This document shows, piece after piece, positions 12,894 to 24,532 of a stretch of 64,000 nucleotides of DNA (position 1 is its first letter; each line of letters begins with the position of its first letter). The position numbers and the translations under genes are program-made. This stretch comes from Carcharhinus amblyrhynchos. Taxonomy: Eukaryota. The notes beneath the pieces are model-generated. The model did not search any database. It was not told the origin of the DNA and saw only the letters and a list, made by a program, of their open reading frames with translations. The stretch is from the NCBI GenBank assembly GCA_965287045.1, contig OZ336880.1, forward strand, positions 57,908,001-57,972,000. Direction: 5' to 3'.

Positions 12894-13634
12894 CCACAAC
12901 CTCCAGTTTTCTCCAAATGTCATTTCTCAATTGGCCTTTTCGAGAGTGGGCCCCTGATCACATGTTTCTCTGCAGCACACCTGATGTACAGTATAGAAGC
13001 TTAAAACCTGGATGTTAGCATTTATTACCTCAGTCGATGTTGACGTTGAAAGTCAGCACTGATGACTATTGAGTTTTTGCACAATTCCTTGACACCCACC
13101 ACACCATTCCCCCTACAGCTCAGAATCCACCTTTCAATTAATATTGAAGCTACTAATTGCACCATTTATATTCAACATATCACTATGTTTGCCATATCAG
13201 CAGTGGTGTAACCAGGGTATTTGCTTCATATACCCTCAAATCATCACGTGTGCCAGATATGTTCTCAATGTGACATTGACAGTGCAGGAAGATAGGGAGA
13301 AATCAGGCACCAGGTGCCTCCTGATATTATATCAGGCCATTAATAGCACTAGAAAGAAAATAAAGCAATCAACCTGGATATATTAATGAGCTGAAAGGGT
13401 CCTCTCCAAACACAGGGGCAACACTGCAGGAATGAGAATTAATCTCGAAAATACAGACACTCTTACAGTAATGTAATCATTTCCAATCATTCCAATAGCA
13501 GACTTAATACCAATAATAATGACATTTTGAAATTTCAATAATATAAATATGAATAAGATTTTATTTACATTAATAAACACATTGTGGTCAAAGCCGCAAT
13601 TTCATTGTGTCTGACCATGTATTTTATAAAAAGT

Positions 13635-13648
13635 CCACCAGATGGCAC
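13635..13648 (+). promoter_or_regulatory. Candidate CTCF site
   Basis: CCACCAGATGGCAC fits the CCASYAGRKGGCRS consensus and lies in TE-free, AT-rich sequence. Confidence 0.5.
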
Positions 13649-14359
13649 CACGGGCTTAATTGAAAACTTTTTTTAATTTTTCGCCTGCATTTGTTGACAA
13701 AATGCCATTGTGATTGTCAGACAAGAAAATGATTACTTTTAACTCAGAACAATATTCAGCTCAATGCCTTTCATTTCCTTCTCATTAATGTTTAAGTTGC
13801 AATAACAATAATATATTTACTAAAGAGCTCCTCGTTTTGTTATTGTGCTTAGGAAGCTGTCATATTTAATGAAAAGCTTATTAAACAGAAGGGAAGGCTA
13901 TTGTTAGGACTGCTCAAAACAGAAACTACCACACTCGTTCTCACTAATAGGAGTGCAGCATAATTGTGAGCAGGTTGCAATGTAAGGAAAATGTAGTGAC
14001 TACATCTAATGATCTCAGGCCATTAACTCATTGATTGTTTGGTGCTTTCAAAAATACGGAGGCCAATTTTGGCTCAGTTTTTACATGGAAATGGGATGAT
14101 AGTGCATGGAAAATGCCAGTGCTCTACTTATGGCTCCTTTTTCCCATCCAACCCGAAAGCCCCCCAACCTCTCCAAGCACTACTATACTCCATTGCCGCA
14201 AACACTGCAAGGATAAGCAATCCACCTGATCAGTCCTACCTCCTTCTCACCTCCCTCATACAGCAATACCAAGTCTTAAGTATTTTTTTCTGGGGCAGGA
14301 GACCTCCCAGTGAGTTTTCAGATTTATCTGAAGGGTTTCTTAAGTTTAAATTTGAAATC

Positions 14360-14813
14360 ATTTATTAGTGTCACAAGTAGACTTACGTTAACGCTGCGAT
14401 GAAGCTACTACAAAAATCCCCTAGTCACCGCACTCCAGCGTCTGTTCGGGTACACTGAGGGAGAATTTGGCTTGACCACTCCACCTAACCAGCACGTCTT
14501 TCAGACTGTGGGAGGAAACCAGAGCACCCAGAGGACACCCATGTAGACACGGGGGGAATGTGCAGATTCTGCACAGGCAGACACCCAAGCTGGGAATTGA
14601 ACCCAAGTCCCTGGTGCTGTGAGGCCGATAGTAGTCATGATGTGGGTATGCTGGCGTTGGACTGGCGTAAACACAGTAAAAAGTCTGACAACCGATTTAT
14701 TTGATAATATTATCAAATTATCTATTATCAAATAAATCGGTTGGACTAAAACCTGGTGTTGTCAGACTTTTTGCTGTGAGGCAGCAGTGCTAACCACTGT
14801 GCCACCGTGCCGC
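14360..14813 (-). mobile_element. HE1-head SINE with alternative 3' tail, interrupted by a Penelope-like insert
   Basis: Reverse-complement head GCAGCAGTGCTAACCACTGTGCCACCGTGCCGCC. The tail is shared with 17965, 41803 and 58478. Confidence 0.85.
14626..14771. mobile_element. Penelope-like palindromic insert
   Basis: Begins ATGATGTGG..GCTGGCGTTGGACTGG.GTAAACACAG, like 23773. Internal inverted repeat CCGATTTATTTGATAATA / TATTATCAAATAAATCGG. Flanked by duplicated TGCTGTGAGGC. Confidence 0.7.
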
Positions 14814-15639
14814 CAGCCTGATTAGGTGAAAGGATGAAGGTATCTACGTCCCATCAAATGACACCACCGGATCAATTCTGATGGAAAGAAGATGACAAAT
14901 GGCAAGTTAAGACAAATTTTTTCTTACGTAACATGTATCTTTAGGATATCATTTACTTTTACATGAAAAGTTGGGCAGGGTTTTGAGCAGTAACTACTTC
15001 TGCAAACTCTGCCTTCCTTTAAATACAACCCCCCTTGAAAAATGAAGGTTTTGATCAGGAATTGAATGATATTTTAATCATTGGTCTGCATCAGGCCACC
15101 AGAATCACACTGTGTTCTGTCTTCATAAAAAAAAAGTATGAAATGAAAAGGATCCATCAAGTTCAGTTATTTCATTCAAATGGAATCTCATGCCTCCTGC
15201 TACTTCAGCTTAAATTGAGCTGGACACAATGCAATCAATAACAATAGTTCAAAGTGCAGGCACAAGTGTAGCTTTTTGAGCCAATTGCACTTTGTCAAGG
15301 TCTCGAAGGCTCTGATACACAAGCGTGATGTTTGATTTTAACACCCCACCCTGTGCCCAAACAATTGTGGAATTTTAAGCACAAATGGTATTGAATGCAA
15401 CTCAAAGTTCCACCACCTTTTGGGCTTGTTTCACAATAAAAGCATTACACTGGAAGCAGATCGTGAACACAAAACTGGCTTCATCACTGAGGTGAATTAA
15501 TCACCATTGGAGATACCCTCTGATGCTGCTGCTTATTTGCCAGTCTTCAAGATGTTCCAAAGAATAAGTTGCAACTTCAGGGTTCAAAAACTCAAATAGA
15601 TATGTTTCCAAAGGCCCTGAATTATTTAATAAAAGCAAG

Positions 15640-15872
15640 TTTTTGCGAATGCTGGAATCTGAAACCAAAAGATAAAATGCTGGAAAATCTCAGCAGGTTT
15701 GGCAGCATCTGTAGGGAGAGAAAAGAGCTGATGTTTCAAGTTCAGGTGACCCTTTGTCAAAGATGCTGGACAGGCTTTGACAAAGGGTCATCTGGACTCA
15801 GAAAAAAACAACTCTTTTCTCTCCTTACAGATGCTGCCAGGCCTGCTGGGATTTGCCAGTGCTTCCTCATTT
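15640..15872. mobile_element. Penelope-like inverted-repeat element with hammerhead-like cores
   Basis: Arms at about 15680-15762 and 15775-15860 are reverse complements around a 12-nt spacer. Each arm reads TTGACAA-stem II-GAAA. Confidence 0.7.
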
Positions 15873-15934
15873 TGATGTTGAATTATTTTCTTTTAACTTA
15901 TTAGGGAAATAACTAAGGCAACCCATTTGAAACA

Positions 15935-16075
15935 GAAAACAAAATCAGAACACTGCTGATGTTGGAAATCTTAAATACAAACAAAAAGCGCTGGAAATAC
16001 TCAGCATGTTATGGAACATCTGTGGAGAGAAACAAAGTTAACGTTTCAGGCTTGCGACCTTTATTTCGAATTAGA
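15935..16075 (-). mobile_element. Single Penelope-like terminal repeat with a decayed hammerhead motif
   Basis: Related to 15640-15762. The minus strand keeps AGGTC..GCCT-GAAACGTT-AACT. Confidence 0.6.
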
Positions 16076-16147
16076 AAATAGTACTTTTTTACAGAGATTT
16101 TCTATAATTTAAAATCAGGCTCGTCACAGATGGTGGATTGATGGTGT

Positions 16148-16731
16148 GGCTGGAATTTTAACGGTTCAGTAATGCCAGGCTAGAAATCTTGGGAAGACTC
16201 CATCATTTGCCAGTCCTTGCCACATTTACTGGGGGACCGGCAATTAACCAGTTGCCATTGGGACTGCTTCCCTTTAAAGGTAGACCGCTTGGACTGATGG
16301 CTGCTGCTCGGACAACATCCAGAAGGGGAGGACACCTTAAAGGCTGCCATCCTCCCAACCAAGTAAGCTGGGGAGAGGGAGAGGCTAGAGTGGAGGGGGG
16401 TAGAAGAATTGGGGTCCCAAGGAAGGAAGGGGGATTTGTGAGAGCCGTTGGAAAAGAAGATGCCCTTTGTGGGCTTGAGAACACCCAAAAAGAGTAACCG
16501 TGCCCGACTGGAGGCTGCCATGTGGTAAACTCACTGATGGCAAAATGCCAGTGGTGACAAGAAGAGGTTCAACTGGGTCTGGGCAGGAAGCTCTCCATTT
16601 TCCCACCACTGTAAAATGGCATGGTGGCAGGAGACAACTGCCAATTCACCCCTATAATTGTGGTCAGTTTACACCACCCTCTCTCCACCAAGTCTCGGCC
16701 CATTCCCAGAAGGTTGATTAAAATCCAGCCC
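16148..16731. mobile_element. Harbinger-type MITE
   Basis: TIRs GGCTGGAATTTTAA and TTAAAATCCAGCCC. Confidence 0.75.
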
Positions 16732-16829
16732 AAAGATTTAAAATGCTTATTTTTCATCATAAACATTCAATTCAACGAACCAAAGACCAAATGAGCGAAT
16801 GCAATCTTACATGGCCACCTTAAAACTAT

Positions 16830-17770
16830 CAGCAAAGAAATCTACTTTTGGAATTCTCATTGAAGACCTAATCAGGGATTAAGTAGTTTGTGGAATACAT
16901 ATTGCGAGTTAGTCCACATGCAGCTGCTTTGTGGAAAAGTCTTTGGCCAGATTTCCGCAATGTCATACACCCTACTCCTGCTGCGAATTAGAACGGAGAA
17001 TTTGGCACTCAGCCGAATCTCCATTCACTGCAGCAGACCCAGAGAATCTCAGCCGTGGGCAGAGTCAGAGAATTCCAGCCTTAACATTAAAAGTGGCCAT
17101 CAATATCTGTATATTAAATGAACAATGAGAGAAACAAAGCAGAGATTTTAGGCAGGAAACTGAGGTATTCGCACCATTTCAGTCATCTGACCTATGGTAC
17201 CAGCACCCTGAACCAGCAGACCTGTGGACTCCTACAGAGCCCAGTGCAGTGCATGCTGCACCTGACAAACACACAAATGAAATGTCCCATGTTGCTAACA
17301 ATGAGGGCACTGACCACAGAAATATTGTGATCACATGATCCGGGTGTCTGAACATGCTGAACACAAGAGTCTAGGATTTTATTATCACTTAGTCTAGAAC
17401 TGACTTGTAAAGTTCAGTTTTCTCTCCAACAATAAAGGGGAGGGGAGGAGATGTGATGGGCTATACATCATTTGCTACAGCCTAATCCTGCCTCAATATA
17501 TATGTAAATCATTATGCATTGTCAATTTGTTTAATTGTATGCCATACAATGATTTGTGCAGTTGCCTCTCACTGGGTGTTCCAGCTAAACAGGAAAGATG
17601 TAGACTACATGGTTATGTGAGAAAGCAATGATGCAGCCTGACAAGAGAAGGAGTGTGGATGCTATCCCCGCGAGTGCAGGCAAAGCACAAGTGTATATAG
17701 CTGTTGAGTTTCGGAACAAACTACCTGTGTTGGAAGTCCTTGTTATCTGCGAGTTAAGCAACCCGCAACA
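16830..17770 (+). mobile_element. Decayed Gypsy 3' end: integrase C-terminus, polypurine tract 17434-17451, 3' LTR 17452-17770
   Basis: QLLCGK (cf. SPAQLLxGR) and IT*SG (cf. TRSGR). PPT AAAGGGGAGGGGAGGAGA abuts TGTGATGGG...CCCGCAACA. Confidence 0.65.
16945..17080. mobile_element. About 135-bp MITE inside the Gypsy integrase remnant
   Basis: TIRs GGCCAGATTTCC and GAGAATTCCAGCC. Confidence 0.6.
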
Positions 17771-17964
17771 TTCTACATCAAGTTAGAGCACTTAAATTTC
17801 AAGCAGGAACGTTTTTAATGATTTTAAAAACATTTCAAAAATCTAATTCCACATGAAATCGTCAAAAGATTGGACCCTACATTCCAAACAAATCTCGGAA
17901 TTCAAGTGAATTTGGAATGCCATTTGTGCCGGTTGCAAAACTTCCTATAGATATTTATTATTTA

Positions 17965-18154
17965 TTTTTATCAGTGTCTACAAGTAGGTTTACATTAACA
18001 CTGCAATGAAGTTACAGTGAAAATCCCCAAGTTGCCACATTCCGGCATCTGTTTGGGTACATTGAGGTAAATTTAGCATGGTCAATGTATCTAACCAGCA
18101 CGTCTTTCAGGTTGTGGGAGGAAACCGGAGCACCAGGTGGAAACCCACACAGAC
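17965..18154 (-). mobile_element. 5'-truncated HE1-type SINE with alternative tail
   Basis: Matches 14360-14550. Confidence 0.8.
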
Positions 18155-19908
18155 AAATGAAAGAACATTTGCTTTAATCAATCCTATTAGTTTTGATGTC
18201 TTTATTACAGAACATAATGAGTTCCTTCTGGATGGTAATCTATCTCTGCAACAATACATTCATTTATCAGAAGCATTCATCTTTTGTGGAATTACTAATG
18301 CAATATTAAGAACAATTTCCCGACGCAAAATTTTTATCATCATTTTAACTGAATTGGAAAAACATCTGAAATATAAATTGTTTGCTATGGTCTTCAGATA
18401 GTCTTTATTAAGCTGTGACTATACTGTGCTACTGATCTGGGATTCGTATTTACAGATTCGATTTGCACCTTAGTAGCACTTGATTTTATACTGTCAAGTA
18501 ACGGTGCCATTGTCACATCTAGGGGACAGCTCTGCAAAGTACTTACCAGGCATCCTGCCTGATTTTAAATATTTTGAAAGGATGGATAATCACATCTACT
18601 TCTTCAAAATAGCTTTGAAATATTCAGCTTTGCATCCTCAAACACTTAACAGAAATAGTGAGTCGTCAGGCATCGTATGTGTTGGCTATATTTCTGTGTT
18701 GGTGCCTTCACCATTCTGAACCCTCACCTGTACCAACTCCATTATCTGCCATCCTCGTGTTGAATTCAAATATTTTTCCTTTCACTTTGGTTTTAATTAT
18801 TTCAAGTTGCGTCTGACACATGGGCAAATTCTAATTGTTTTTATCCCCCCTTTTTCACATTTGTTTCAAAGCTTTATTGTTAAAATGACCATAAAGACTT
18901 TTAAAATATGGCATGCCTTCTTGTGTAAATATCTGTTCCAGATTGTGGTGAAGGAGCAGCAAGTCTCATGCAAAGGGATTGGCTAAAGAGCATCTGATTG
19001 CCTGATTTAAATACCCAGCACAGTTGCAGGACAAATATGTGTTTCTGTGATTTGTCCTCTGCTCTTGTAGACGATCAGGATTGTAGTAGCAGGATTTGAC
19101 CTCTGGTTGAACCTCACTGCCCTTTGAAGCAGGTTGGAAATGAGTCCTTAGTGTCACACGACAGCTACGTTACATGCAATGCCATCTGCAGTTCTGCACT
19201 GGTCATCTGGTCAGGAACCGAGGCAGTGCCTTGTTAAACATGATACCCTGAGATCTAAATTTTAAGAGCTTCTTTTAGGATGAAATTTGCCCTTCAAGGT
19301 CAACCTTATTGCTGCCAGTTCTTGACTTCCACAGCCAATGAATATGAGTAACAAAGGGCTGGGGGTTCATGAACTCTGACCCTATCACTTACACTAAATC
19401 AGGATCTGAATATAACCTCGGTTGTCACAGCTAATGACTAGGGATGGGGGTTGGCTGGGGTTACAGGGGTTGGGGAACAGTGCGAGCAGAGAGGTGCATA
19501 CATTCATATTACACACATTGATTGTATATTTGTCTGTCTTTCTCTTTTGGCAAAAGCAAGTGTTTCTTTGTGTAATCTCTAATTTGTTCCCTTGGGAATG
19601 CTTATAAATATATGGCTATTTATGAACATCTGGGAATGATTATAACATGATAATATAAATCACATAAAACTTGCATTTCTGAGATTAATCTACTATTTCT
19701 GGTATCCATTATTAGCTGCACTATGGGGTGACATTTTTGTCAGTTTTTGCAGTAAATCTGGTGCAAGTATTAACTATCAGCACATGCCCTTTTATTGCAT
19801 TGTGGATTTAAACAAAAAGAAAAACAATGGAATGATTATAATTACTGGAGTTTAATCAGAATATATTCTGAGGTCAGAATTCAATGTATTATTTGATAAG
19901 TATTAATA

Positions 19909-20429
19909 GGCCGAATTTTGTGACCATCTTCTCCTTTCAGACTCAGGATAGTAGGCGTTGGAGAGGGCATGGCAGATAGAAATTGGGCACCATGTTATCT
20001 GCACCACTCCTGTTACTTAATCACCCAATCCTGCTCCCACTGAAATTCTACCAGTGGCAGGGGAGGCATTGTGTTCTCTGTCACCCTTGGGTCAATTGAG
20101 GCATTTGTATGGCCAGGGCTTGCCAGGCTGACCCGATGTGACATCCCGAAATTGCTTTCAAGTCCACTTGCTTCCTTGGTGGACCAGCTGCAAGCCCCAG
20201 CAGTGGCACTACACACAGTGGCGCTGCTTGGACTGGAGGACAACACGCCATTTTTTTGTCTGGCAGCTTTCAGAGGTGGTGCTTCCTCTTCAACGAAGAC
20301 AGCAGTCTCTTCTGAGGTAGTTAAATGCTATTAAATGGCTGTGGAGCAAACTTGTTACGTTGGGATCTGGGTCACTCCCGACTTTTGCACCAGGAAATGA
20401 GAAATCTAAACCCAACATAAAATTCAGCC
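19909..20429. mobile_element. Harbinger-type MITE
   Basis: Ends GGCCGAATTTT and AAAATTCAGCC. Related partial copies at about 20430-20885 and 21018-21360. Confidence 0.65.
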
Positions 20430-21434
20430 TCTAATCTCTCAGAACAGATATAGGTGAGGGAGGGTAATTGGATATAGATGGGTGTGAATGTTTGTGGCCA
20501 GATGGAGATTTGTGGCATCCAGGCACAAAGGGAGGAGTGCAGCAGCAAGAAGTGTTGTTCTGAGGAGTTCCGAGAATGCTGGGAAAATCAGAGTGTGTAA
20601 GTTGGCATCTGAAAGTCCTTTGCCACCCCCTCTTCCTGCTCTCTTGAGGTACTGCATCCTCTTGGTGCACTGTCAGCAGGTTTGAGGGGCTGGACTCCTG
20701 CTGCTGACTGCCTCAACTATTTCCATCCACATTTGCTCTTTCACCCATTCTTGAGGTAACTTGCCTCACTGCCTGCAACCCCTCACATCCCACAACAGGT
20801 AAGTAAGAGCGAGGGGCCTGGAAAGCAGCCTTCATAGATCTCCTCTCCATTCCTGTAGTTATTAAAGCCTGAAAAATCCAAGTCCCGTTGACCCATTCTA
20901 ACCCACACCATTGCATGTTCAATTAGAAACTCTTTCTTTGATTGTAATTATTGGAGTTCAGTCAAAAAATAATCTTAGGTCAGAATTCTATTATACAATA
21001 ACTGGTAAATATCTATTGGCTGAATTTCACTGCCCCTTCCCCTACTGGTGGGATAGCAAGTGGTGGGGGTTGTAAAATTAGGCACGATGCCAGTGGCTTC
21101 ATTCCTGTCACCTATCCCTGCCAAAACTGTACCAACAGTAAGGGAGGCATTGTGTAGCCTGCATATCTGAGCTAATTAAGATCCTTGTGAGGTCAATTAA
21201 TGGCCACTTAAAGGCCACCTCTTGTCACCATTGGGATTTTACCTGTGGTGAGAAGAGACCAGCACCAACCAATCCAGCTCTTCATCCTGCCCACCCTTCC
21301 TGATCAGCCCAGGAAAGAAGGAGCTTGAATGTTAATGCTATCAGTTAAAGAATCTTGGCAAAACCCACTGACGGAGTTCACAACCCACTTGTGGTCCTGC
21401 TACTTCAGGGAACCAAGCTGAGAAAATTCCACAT

Positions 21435-21850
21435 TTATATTCCAATTCCTTTGTAATAAAGGCAAAAATACCATTTATGTTTCCAATTGGTTGCTGTACT
21501 TGCATGTCAGCTTCCTGTGGTTTGGGCACCCAAGGGCACCCAAGCCTGGCTAAATACCCAAATATCCTAGTCACTGACCGTTTAAAGAATATTCTGCTCT
21601 TGTGTTTTTCCTATCAGAGCAATAAGTTCATATTTTTCCATCTTATATTCCATCTGCGTTGTTCTTGCCTCCTTGTTTAACCTACCTATATATCCCTTTC
21701 CTCCCTCCTCACAAGTTAATTCCAAATGCTAACTCTGAATGGTAAACAAGCTTGGATACATTACTCTTGGTCCCCTCACCTGAGAAATTGATGAAGATTG
21801 TAAATTACTGGTGTCCTAGCACTGATCCTTGTGGTACTCCACTAGATACA
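21435..21850 (-). mobile_element. CR1 reverse-transcriptase fragment
   Basis: Minus strand encodes GVPQGSVLG and MQVQQPIGNINGIFAFITKELEYK. Confidence 0.85.
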
Positions 21851-21864
21851 GAATGAATGGCAAG

Positions 21865-23640
21865 CTTCAGAATGAAGCTGCAGGCATTTCCAGGGTGGTG
21901 CTGGTCTGACATGTCTTGTTGAACATTGTGTAGCTGTGTAGACTGTAGCTCCAAGAGGAAGGAGCTGATGAGCACTCTGCAGCGTTGGAAGAGGAGGAGG
22001 AATCTGCAGTCAGAGAGTTAGGTGCCAGGGAAGTCCAAGACAGACTGATGCACTCTTCAGTTAATCTCTTGCAAGGCATCCACCTGGCATACCAATTCTG
22101 AGCCCAGTGTGGCACCCACTGCCCTTGAACTCCCAGAACAAAGCAATCCCACAAGCAACAGTTCATTACTCTCACAGACACACATCTCTTGTCTTCAACT
22201 CCCTTCATATCATTCTTCACATGGCAAAGGCCACCTGGTGGGTGAGAGGGAAAAATAGGGAACATGGGACAACAAAACTTTGAAATAAATTATATGACTC
22301 AATGACATTAAATAGACATGAAAATTAGCACAGTGTTATACACCTGACTGAATATCCTTGTGCAACCAGAAATATTCCCCTTCCCTTTTTGTAGTACTCT
22401 TACATGGTACAATCGCAATGGTTTCAGTAGATTGCACGTTGCTAGAATTCGTGTTATGACTGCTCCATTGCTGTTGGTCAATATCCTCTGGGTTTTGGAG
22501 TCATTGGGACATAAGACAACATGCAGGACTCCGAGTGGGATGTGAGGGATCGGGAGTGAAAGCACTTTGAGCAGAGTTCCACATGACCTGTCTCCATCTT
22601 TCCTCGCCTGGCATACCCATACTTCCCTGCTCCCCAAGACTGGGAGTACTTTGCTGCATCTCAATGAGGCACTGAATGGTCAAGGTGAGGTTTGATTCCA
22701 TTCTGCTTAAGATGGCAATCTGAGTGTGCAGACAATTGATCAGGATGAGCATTCATTCAATTGCCTGCTCTGTCTGATGCTCCATGCAGGTGACTATTCT
22801 GTTCATGTATATGAAATTCTGAGACATCGTGCCAGAGACTGATTCCTCCATTGTTCCTGTAGTGGTGCCCAGTGCCTCTGGAAAGGCTGACAGAATCTCA
22901 CACATTATCTGCAGCTCTTCTTCATCAAAAACCCCTGGGGGTCCACATCTGTGACCAGCTGATCAGGGCCTGGAAAATGCTGCCACCTCCAGTGGTGACT
23001 TGCCACCACTGTCCCTGTCTCCAACAGCTGCCTCTACTTACTTGTAAAGTGTGTTTTACTGTATATCAACCCACCTACCTGTTTTGGAGGATCCAACCAG
23101 GTGGATGTACCTGCTATACATACAGACAGCATTGGAAGGTGCACATGAATCATGTGAAAGCCCATCCTCACAATAAATGCCTTCAAAGGAATCTTCAACC
23201 TCCTCAGGCACATCCCCTGATGGGTGCCTGGACAAGCTGTGGGAGATGAAAGATGCAAAGTGGAATTGACAAGGTGAGTAAGTCCTAAGTCATTAATGTG
23301 CAGATATACATGCCATAATATGCCAGTGGCTTCCATTATCAATTCAACATAAGAGATATTATAAGCCATGTGGTTAGTTTTGTTACCAAGATGTACTGGG
23401 GAGACATTCATCTCTCCACCAACAAATGGCCATGCTTGCTGAGACCCATTGTTGCTACTGTGTCCTCCTCAACAGCTGAAAAGTGTCGATGAGGATGACT
23501 GCTGTCTCTCCCTGGCGCTCTGCGCTTCTTGGGGCAGAACAAAGAGACTAATGAGTGCAAGGAGTGGAATATTTTGAGAGAATGGATGGAGAACATTTGT
23601 GGAGGGTGACTGTGAGGGATGGGGCATGACATTGTGTGAG
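21865..23640. mobile_element. Internal remnant of an autonomous Harbinger: transposase C-terminus on + (21865-22065) converging with the Myb/SANT gene 3' part on - (about 22400-23640)
   Basis: Plus strand ISRVVLV..VLLNIV...EEEEE...AREVQDRLM (cf. IIxxCCVLHN...acidic...RxxL). Minus strand RRAPG...AVEEDTVATMG resembles exon 2 of the Myb gene at 39702. Confidence 0.6.
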
Positions 23641-23769
23641 TTTCAGTGCTGGCTGGTTGGATTGGAGATGCACGGAGGCGATGTGTGATGATAGTGTAGT
23701 GGTAATGTTACTGGGCTAACAATTCAGAGGCTCCAGGATAATCCTCTGGAAACATGGATTCAAATCCTA

Positions 23770-24495
23770 TGCATGATGTGGAGGTGCTGGCATTGGACTG
23801 GGGTAAACACAGCAAGAAGTCTCACAACACCAGGTTAAAGTCCAACAGGTTAATTTGGTAGCAAAATCCACTAAGTTCTGGGGCGCTGCTCGTTCGTCAG
23901 GTAAGTGGGAGTTCTGTTCACAAACAGGGCACTTAAAGACACAAACTCAATTTACTCAATGTACCACACTTTAGGAAGTACAAACAACAAAGAACAAAAC
24001 AGTCCGGGAAACAGGCCCTTTGGCCCAACGAGCCCATGCCGCCATTTTAACATTACAAGTCCCCCCTCTACCCATGACCCTTATCTATGCTTATGGCATT
24101 CCACATTGAGGGAAAACTAATTTAGGGACAATTTATTACACCAATCAGCCTATCAGTATGTGAAAGCATTAGGGAGGGTGCAGAAACAATTCACAAGGGA
24201 TCCCAGGTATAAGGAACTACAGTTCATTGTGCTAGAAACTATGATCCCTGCTCACAGAAAACAGCTCTCAGGACTCCAAGCTTTTTGGCAGTCTACTTGT
24301 TCGTGACTTTTTAATTCAATCACTTCATTTTCATCTGTTTACTCAACATAAATTGTGTTTGTGTCTTTATATGCCCTGTTTGTGAACAGAACCCCCACTT
24401 ACTTGACGAAGGAGCAGCACTCCGAAAGCTAGTGGATTTTGCTACCAAATAAACCTGTTGGACTTCAACCTGGTGTTGTGAGACTTCTTACTGTG
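23770..24495. mobile_element. Penelope-like element with inverted terminal repeats (about 23805-23955 and 24347-24497) and an 11-bp target duplication
   Basis: The arms are reverse complements. TTCAAATCCTA is duplicated at 23759-23769 and 24496-24506. Confidence 0.8.
24395..24435 (+). ncRNA. Minimal type I hammerhead ribozyme motif (partly decayed)
   Basis: ttac-(T)TGACGA-A-GGAG cagca CTCC-GAAA-GC-TA-gtgg. The mirror arm keeps CTGACGA (minus strand 23894-23900). Confidence 0.6.
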
Positions 24496-24532
24496 TTCAA
24501 ATCCTACCACAGCAACTGGTGAAATTAACAAC

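Larger units (their letters stand above)
23692..24530 (+). mobile_element. tRNA-derived SINE head (second shark SINE family), split by a Penelope-like insertion
   Basis: GTAGTGGTAATGTTACTGG...GGATTCAAATCCTA at 23692-23769 resumes at 24496-24530. Same family as 43245-43561. Confidence 0.7.
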
